Positions 58,185 through 64,000 of a DNA stretch of 64,000 nucleotides are shown here, piece after piece. Source of the DNA: a virus; the IMG/VR virus record IMGVR_UViG_3300013307_000003, positions 8,530 through 72,529 of that record; one strand, 5' to 3'. Position 1 is the first letter of the stretch. The number at the start of each line of letters is the position of its first letter. The notes beneath the pieces are model-generated. The model was not told the DNA's origin, did no database searches, and saw only the letters and a list, made by a program, of their open reading frames with translations. The translations under genes and the position numbers were made by a program.

Positions 58185-61100
58185 ATGGCAGACCGAAGAA
58201 CGACTATAACGATCGATGTTCAGGGCCTGGCGCAACTTCAGCAGGCGAATACCGCCTTAAACGCCCACAACAAGATCATCCAGCAGCTCACGTCGAGTTA
58301 CCAGGCGTTCAACGGCGCGACGGGGCAGCTTGGCTCCAGCCTGACGAACATCACGAACAACTTCAACACGTTCAACAATACGACCAACACCACGGTCAAC
58401 AACGTGAACAACATGGGTCGGTCGATGAGCGGCTTACTCGGCACGATGCTGCAGTACCGTGCCGTCGGGCTTGTGTTCGAAGGCGTTACGAAAGCGATCA
58501 CCGGCACCATCGACGCAATGCGCGAGATGGAGAAGCAGGCGGCGCGTGTTCAGCGGGTGTCTCCGGGCGGGAGCACTCCGAGCATTCGAGCCGACATCGC
58601 GGAAGAGGCCGCGCGGACCGGGGCTGATGTTAAGGACATTGGTGAGGCGTACTACCAACTCAAAACGCAGATCAAAGACAACGCGACGGCGTTCTCCGCG
58701 CTTCGCACCTCGCTAAATCTCGTGATCGGCACCGAGAGCGACGCCCGCGACACGACACGCGCCATGCTGCAGGTCTACAACCAGTTCGGCGACCAACTTG
58801 GCAAGAACGTTGACCAGAGCGAGAAAATGAGGCGGGCTGGCGAACTGCTTGCGGTCATGTGGAAGGGGTCGGCGGCTGAGATTTCCGAGATAACGGCGGC
58901 GCTCAAATATCTTGGCCCGATCGCTGAAGCCGCACACGTTCCGCTTGAGCAGGTTGCCGCGACGATCTCTGCACTCACCTTCGAAGGCGTCCGGGGTCGA
59001 ATGGGAGGCACGGAAGCCGGTCAACTTATCAGTCAGATCATCAAGAACTTCAATCCCGCGACGGGCATGATCTCGAATAAGGGCGCGACTCTGCAGGCAG
59101 GGCTAACTCCTTCCGGCGGTCTCGACCTTATCCAGACGATGAAGAACTTCAACGAAGTCGCGAGCCATATGCCGGTCGCGACTGCTCAGAAGTTTTCGCA
59201 AGCGATCAGTGGGACGCAAAACGCGTGGAGGCTCTTCGGGACCGTCAATCCCGAGTTCCTCCGTGTTATTCAGGAAAAGCTAGACGATGCCACAAAGAGC
59301 ACGCATGGACTGACTACCGAGACCGACAAACTTCGCCAGACAATGACCACGACCGCGCAGGAGTTTCAAAGAGCCTGGGGCGGTGCAATGACGGCGATTT
59401 CGAATGCGATCGACGCTAGCGGGCTGCGCAACTTCCTGCGGGACATCGCCGACGGCATTCAGAGGATCAACAACGAGTCGCGAAACATAGCGACGAACAA
59501 CGGCACAATGGGCGGCATATTGTCTGGGCGAGGTGCGTTCCCCGGCGACCCTAGAGCAGTTAACAGCCAGGCAAGGATGCAGCGCGCCACTCTGCAGGAG
59601 ATGCTTGAGGCTGCGCGAGGAGCGGGCGTACACGGAAACGTAACCACCACCGAAATGTTCGGGGGCGCTGCACACTTCGGTAACGACGGCGGCGTGTACG
59701 ATCTGTATCGCAACAAGACGGTCCAGGAACGAGGGTATCTTCAGCGGTTTATGCAGTTTGCGCCCACGCAGGGTGCCTTGGCGGGTCCCGGAGTACGCGA
59801 CGTAACGTTTGATCTTGCGGCCATGCAAGCAGAATACGATCGATTGAACGGGCAACTCCAGTCACCATCTTTCGGTCGAAATTCCGGACTTCAGCCTGCA
59901 AACCCAAATTCCAGCACACTCCACGTCAAGGGGGGCTACACTCCGCCTCCCGACAAAGCGGCGCAGAAAGCAGCCGACGAAGCCGAGAAAGCGCGCCAGG
60001 AGGCGCTCGACGAAACAGCGAAGCGCCTGCAAACGCAGTTCGAGTTCGTCAAGAAACTTTATGGCCCCGACTTCCCGGAAACAAAACAGGCAGCGGCGGC
60101 GGCAGATGCAGCGGCGGCAGCGGCGGGCGATGAAGACACGCGCCGACGATTGCGGCTCGGGCTTTCTGGAAACCTCGCGGATACGAACGCTGAGAGTAAG
60201 CAACAGACCGAAGAACAACTCAAGGACGCGCAAGAGAAGTACCGTAATCTGCGCGACAGCATGGAGAAATCCGCGCGTACTGACTACGACCTCGCGCTCC
60301 AGAAGTACGGGCTGTTCAGTGGACCGAACGGAGGCGCAACTGGCGCAGCATCGGCGGCGGCACAGCGCGCCGAAGAAGCGGCCGCAATCGCGTCAGGTGA
60401 CACGGACAAGCTTCGCAGGCTTCGGGGCGGCTTAGAGGGCACGGGGGCGGAATTTGCGAGCAAGCGCCAAGGCGTGCTTGAGCGGCAGATACCGTCGTTT
60501 GGAGATATGTCGATCCCGTGGGACAAGATACTCGACGCCGTGGCGCGCAATCTCGGAGAGGCGACGGATCAAAGTATTCGGTCGCGACAGCGCGGACTGC
60601 CGTCTACTGACCTCTACGGCGACCAGTCCGCTGCGCAGTCGGATGCACTCAAGGCGGATGCCGCCGACATTCAGGCCACGATTGACAAACTGAGCGGGAT
60701 GAACCAATTCCTGCCGGAAGTGGTCGCAGGGCTTGCCCACTTCCGCGACGCGCTTGAAGATAACGCGGCGCAGCAGAGGCGGCTTGCCGAAGAGACCCTT
60801 CAGCGCGGCATCGTGACCACGTTCGCCGAAGTCAACGATAAGTACGCCCGCAAGATCAACGACATCGAGAGTTCCCTTCTCCCGGAGCGTCAGAAACTCG
60901 TCAAGCAGGCCGAGTTTGCGCAACAGAAGTACACCGACATCACGCAACTCAGCCTCGTCTCTACGTTCCTGAATGGCGCGCCTCAGTCGCAGAAGACGAA
61001 GCAAGACATCGAGAACGCCGACATCGCGCGCAAGCAGGCGAACCTCGCACTCGAACAATTCGACCGCGCCAAGGTTCAGGGCGTACTCGGCCCGATCCAG

Positions 61101-61934
61101 AACCGAGCACAACAAACCGTGCTCGGTTTCTTACATGGTCAGGGGAATGTCGGCGATCTCTTCAAGGGGCTGGGCGACGAGATTGTGAACGCGGTGCTTC
61201 AGCCGTTCGTGAAATCACTGACCGACCCGCTCGTGATTGCAACGACGAAGGAGATCCTGTCGCTTGAAAAGGTAAGCGTCTCACTCGACACGCTCAACAG
61301 CACGCTCTCGGGGAGCGGACCCGGAACCTTCACGGGCAACCTGACGAGCACGGGCGGCGTCGCGGAGGCACTCGGGGCGGGAGCGGCGGCGGCGGCTGCT
61401 GGTGCGGTTGGCGGACTGGAAGCCGGAGCAGACGGCACGCAGGCACCGGGCGCAAAGAAGCGGGGAAACACCGGACAGAGCGACCTTCAGAAAGGGCTCG
61501 GGGCCGGGCTTGCCGCCTACAGCATCGCCTCGACGAGCGCCCAGCAGGGCGTTAATCTCGGGAACCTGCTCGGGGCGGCTGCGACAGGGTTTGCGATCGG
61601 CGGTCCCATCGGTGCGGCGGTGGGGGGTGTGGTCGATCTCATCGGCGGGCTCTTCCACAAGAGCAATAAGCCGACGGCAACCCCGCAGGACCTGAACCCG
61701 GCGTACTACAACGCGCCCGCTGCTTTCGACGTTGCCGCCTACAACTACTCGGCATACGGGAAACTCCCGACCGTCCAGAACATCGGTTTCGACGTAAAGC
61801 CGCAGAACGTGCCAATCGTGAACGTGTTCGTCGATGGCGCGAAAGTGGCGGCGCAGCAGGTTATCAATAGCCAGGGCAGCAGCCTGAACGTCAATCTCGG
61901 CAACACGACCCGCGACCGCTACATTCCGATCTGA
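58185..61934 (+). CDS. tape measure protein (TP901-like core)
   Basis: 1249 aa, Ala/Gln-rich helical, ALKYLGPIA..G..GRMGGT core, Gly-rich hydrophobic C-terminus. Confidence 0.88.
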   Translation: MADRRTTITIDVQGLAQLQQANTALNAHNKIIQQLTSSYQAFNGATGQLGSSLTNITNNFNTFNNTTNTTVNNVNNMGRSMSGLLGTMLQYRAVGLVFEGVTKAITGTIDAMREMEKQAARVQRVSPGGSTPSIRADIAEEAARTGADVKDIGEAYYQLKTQIKDNATAFSALRTSLNLVIGTESDARDTTRAMLQVYNQFGDQLGKNVDQSEKMRRAGELLAVMWKGSAAEISEITAALKYLGPIAEAAHVPLEQVAATISALTFEGVRGRMGGTEAGQLISQIIKNFNPATGMISNKGATLQAGLTPSGGLDLIQTMKNFNEVASHMPVATAQKFSQAISGTQNAWRLFGTVNPEFLRVIQEKLDDATKSTHGLTTETDKLRQTMTTTAQEFQRAWGGAMTAISNAIDASGLRNFLRDIADGIQRINNESRNIATNNGTMGGILSGRGAFPGDPRAVNSQARMQRATLQEMLEAARGAGVHGNVTTTEMFGGAAHFGNDGGVYDLYRNKTVQERGYLQRFMQFAPTQGALAGPGVRDVTFDLAAMQAEYDRLNGQLQSPSFGRNSGLQPANPNSSTLHVKGGYTPPPDKAAQKAADEAEKARQEALDETAKRLQTQFEFVKKLYGPDFPETKQAAAAADAAAAAAGDEDTRRRLRLGLSGNLADTNAESKQQTEEQLKDAQEKYRNLRDSMEKSARTDYDLALQKYGLFSGPNGGATGAASAAAQRAEEAAAIASGDTDKLRRLRGGLEGTGAEFASKRQGVLERQIPSFGDMSIPWDKILDAVARNLGEATDQSIRSRQRGLPSTDLYGDQSAAQSDALKADAADIQATIDKLSGMNQFLPEVVAGLAHFRDALEDNAAQQRRLAEETLQRGIVTTFAEVNDKYARKINDIESSLLPERQKLVKQAEFAQQKYTDITQLSLVSTFLNGAPQSQKTKQDIENADIARKQANLALEQFDRAKVQGVLGPIQNRAQQTVLGFLHGQGNVGDLFKGLGDEIVNAVLQPFVKSLTDPLVIATTKEILSLEKVSVSLDTLNSTLSGSGPGTFTGNLTSTGGVAEALGAGAAAAAAGAVGGLEAGADGTQAPGAKKRGNTGQSDLQKGLGAGLAAYSIASTSAQQGVNLGNLLGAAATGFAIGGPIGAAVGGVVDLIGGLFHKSNKPTATPQDLNPAYYNAPAAFDVAAYNYSAYGKLPTVQNIGFDVKPQNVPIVNVFVDGAKVAAQQVINSQGSSLNVNLGNTTRDRYIPI

Positions 61935-61937
61935 CCT

Positions 61938-64000
61938 ATGGCAAACCCCTTCACGCTTACCGGCACAAAAGTCACGGAGATCGGAAACACGGCGCAAGCA
62001 CTGTCTGCGCGCACGCACCGGATCGCCGCTCACGTCGAGCACGAAATCGAACTCTGGTATAAGCGCGACTCGCTGTGGCACCTATTCCCGCTGCAGCCGT
62101 TCGCGGGACCCGACACCGGGCTCGTGCTGACGCAGGCATTCAAGCAGCCCGCAACGCTCGGATTTACGCTGCCAGACCCGGACGGGAACTACGCCAGCGA
62201 GAACTTAAACAGCACCTACAACTACAACGGAGCGGGCGCCTACGACCCGCTACTGGACGAGGCGAGGAAGATCGTCCTGCGCGTCGGTGCGCACTGCTAC
62301 AGCAACCTCGCGAGCGGGATCACCCCGACCAGCACGATCGCGACTTCAGGCGGCAGTTCCGCTGCGCTCTCGGCGCTCACCGACGGCGTACTTGATACGA
62401 CTGCGGTTCTTGCGCCGTCGCTCTATTGCCATTTCAACGCACCGAGCGCGTCGCCGTTTACCCTGATCGTCGATCTTGGATCAAGCAAAGATGTAAAGCA
62501 CGCCGCCATTCGGTTCGCGACACTGACCGGCACCTGCACGCTCCCCTCTTCTGTGCAGGTGAGCGTCAGCACGGATAGTTTTGTTTATCGTGATTGGCCT
62601 GCGCGTCCTGTGGGCGGCGCGGGAAGCCCTGGCGTCACTCCCGGAGACTGGGACGACAGCGCGTCCGGGAACATCCCGGAGTTCGCGTTCTGCGATCTGC
62701 AGACGACCGGTCGCTACGTGAAGTTTACGGTCACACCGACCAGCGCTCAGACGATCTGGATTGACGAACTCGCGGTCTACGGGGGCAGTCAGTTTACCGC
62801 GCTCGGCGGAAATCTGTTCACCGGTTACATGGGCGACCAGATCGACTTCAGCAATGCGGGCCTCGTGAAGTGCGTGGCGGTCGATGCACTCAAGAAGCTC
62901 GCTGACAACAACGACGTTTTCCTGACGGCCCCGTACCGCCTAACGAGCGCGGGCGGCGTCGAACTCGGCGACATCGTTCACAGTCTGTTGACCTCGACCG
63001 CCTATTGGAACCAATCGGCGAAGGAGGGGTACAACGACCCTCTGCTGCTTTCGGAGATCGCGTGGTCGAGTGGAAGTGGGCTGACCGGCCTGCAATACCC
63101 GCTGTGGCAGGGGCAAACGAACAGCATCCTCGGGTACTGCCAGGAATTATTTGCGGTCGTCGGCTGGAACTTCTTCGCCGACGGGAACGGGACAATGACC
63201 GCGACCGAGCCGCCGTACACCCAGAAACTGCCCGATCGAGTGTGCGTTTCCGCAACCGACGGCAACTACGATGTCTATAACTGCCAGCGTCACCGTACCG
63301 GCAAAAACATGCGCAATCGCGTGATCGTTCAAACCGGGAAGAGCAAGGAAAGCGGCAGCGGGAGCCTGACACTTTCCGACCCGAACAGCATCGCGAGGTT
63401 CGGGACGCGCACGACGAGGATCACCGATCCGCTCGCAGCGACAACCGATCTGCGCCTGAAGGTCGCGCAGTTCTTTCTCCGTGACTACGCGTGGAACCTG
63501 CAGACACTCACGAACACCATTCGCCCGACATTCGAGACGGCGCTGAAGCAAATCTTCGGGTTTCGCGCGCCTGCCCGCCCGAACTTGTTCTCGCGACCGA
63601 GCACCGTCGCCGGAGCGAAACGGAACCGTGAACTCTGGAGCCTCGTGAGCCTGCAGCACAACATCACGTACGGCCAGTGGACGGCAGATGCCGAGTGGGT
63701 TCCATACGTTTCGCAGCCGACTGCTGCACCGAACTTTACGCAACTCAACATCGTGGGAGGCGATCCCACGGAGTTGACCGCGATCTACGACATCCCGACC
63801 GACCCGCTCGTGGTGAGCATCAACGTCTACCTTTCGACCACCAGCGAGTTTACCGGATTTTCTCTCTACACGACCGCAACCCCTGCAGCCGGTGCGCGCA
63901 TTCTCGGCCCTGGACTTTCCGTGCAGGTGTGGGTGTACCTCACTTCAGTGGACGCCGAAGGGAATGAAAGTCTAGCGAGCGCGGTCCTTTCGGCTACGCC
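61938..64000 (+). CDS. tail tip/hub protein with discoidin-like and FN3-like domains (3'-truncated; absent from ORF track)
   Basis: ATG 61938; LTDG..LIVDLG..VSVSTD, NRVIV..SIARFG and VDAEGNES read in the same frame; spot-checked, not every codon. Confidence 0.7.
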   Translation, partial: MANPFTLTGTKVTEIGNTAQALSARTHRIAAHVEHEIELWYKRDSLWHLFPLQPFAGPDTGLVLTQAFKQPATLGFTLPDPDGNYASENLNSTYNYNGAGAYDPLLDEARKIVLRVGAHCYSNLASGITPTSTIATSGGSSAALSALTDGVLDTTAVLAPSLYCHFNAPSASPFTLIVDLGSSKDVKHAAIRFATLTGTCTLPSSVQVSVSTDSFVYRDWPARPVGGAGSPGVTPGDWDDSASGNIPEFAFCDLQTTGRYVKFTVTPTSAQTIWIDELAVYGGSQFTALGGNLFTGYMGDQIDFSNAGLVKCVAVDALKKLADNNDVFLTAPYRLTSAGGVELGDIVHSLLTSTAYWNQSAKEGYNDPLLLSEIAWSSGSGLTGLQYPLWQGQTNSILGYCQELFAVVGWNFFADGNGTMTATEPPYTQKLPDRVCVSATDGNYDVYNCQRHRTGKNMRNRVIVQTGKSKESGSGSLTLSDPNSIARFGTRTTRITDPLAATTDLRLKVAQFFLRDYAWNLQTLTNTIRPTFETALKQIFGFRAPARPNLFSRPSTVAGAKRNRELWSLVSLQHNITYGQWTADAEWVPYVSQPTAAPNFTQLNIVGGDPTELTAIYDIPTDPLVVSINVYLSTTSEFTGFSLYTTATPAAGARILGPGLSVQVWVYLTSVDAEGNESLASAVLSAT

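Noticed and set aside
58340-58415. AAC-rich repeat in the tape measure gene as a DGR template
   Set aside because: Encodes an Asn/Thr-rich stretch; no matching variable repeat or RT
1-64000. CRISPR array, reverse transcriptase/DGR, IS transposase, rRNA
   Set aside because: No regular repeat-spacer pattern, RT motif, transposase or rRNA-like sequence seen by eye
1-64000. Stop-codon reassignment
   Set aside because: Core genes are full length in the standard code, and TAA, TAG and TGA all end genes

Overview
The whole window is one tailed dsDNA phage genome, probably temperate and siphovirus-like. It appears circularly permuted: it opens inside a tail-fibre-like gene and ends inside a tail-tip gene, with no host genes. 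Layout: tail end and lysis (1-6036, +); a long leftward early/replication arm (HNH, VRR-NUC, replication initiator, Bet, DNA methyltransferase, PAPS-reductase-like, DUF2303; 6033-25600); a divergent XRE pair and tyrosine recombinase (25321-27512); a second mostly leftward arm of small genes (27600-35400); then packaging and morphogenesis (TerS-like, TerL, portal, scaffold, P22-like capsid, connector, tail tube, chaperone, tape measure, tail tip; 35442-64000). The most striking feature is a ~7 kb glycan-synthesis cassette between portal and scaffold. It holds a GmhA-like isomerase, three SAM methyltransferases, a dual-specificity phosphatase, two tandem PLOD-type glycosyltransferases, a B12 radical SAM enzyme and a GT-B, with a GT9-like gene just after the capsid gene. 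This is a candidate virion-glycosylation system. Non-coding signals include several tRNA-like RNAs (one Trp-like), a dif-like site beside terS, repeated start-associated motifs, RBS-sequestering leaders and a probable -1 frameshift. All calls come from motifs read by eye; no searches or folding programs were run, and the host is not established.
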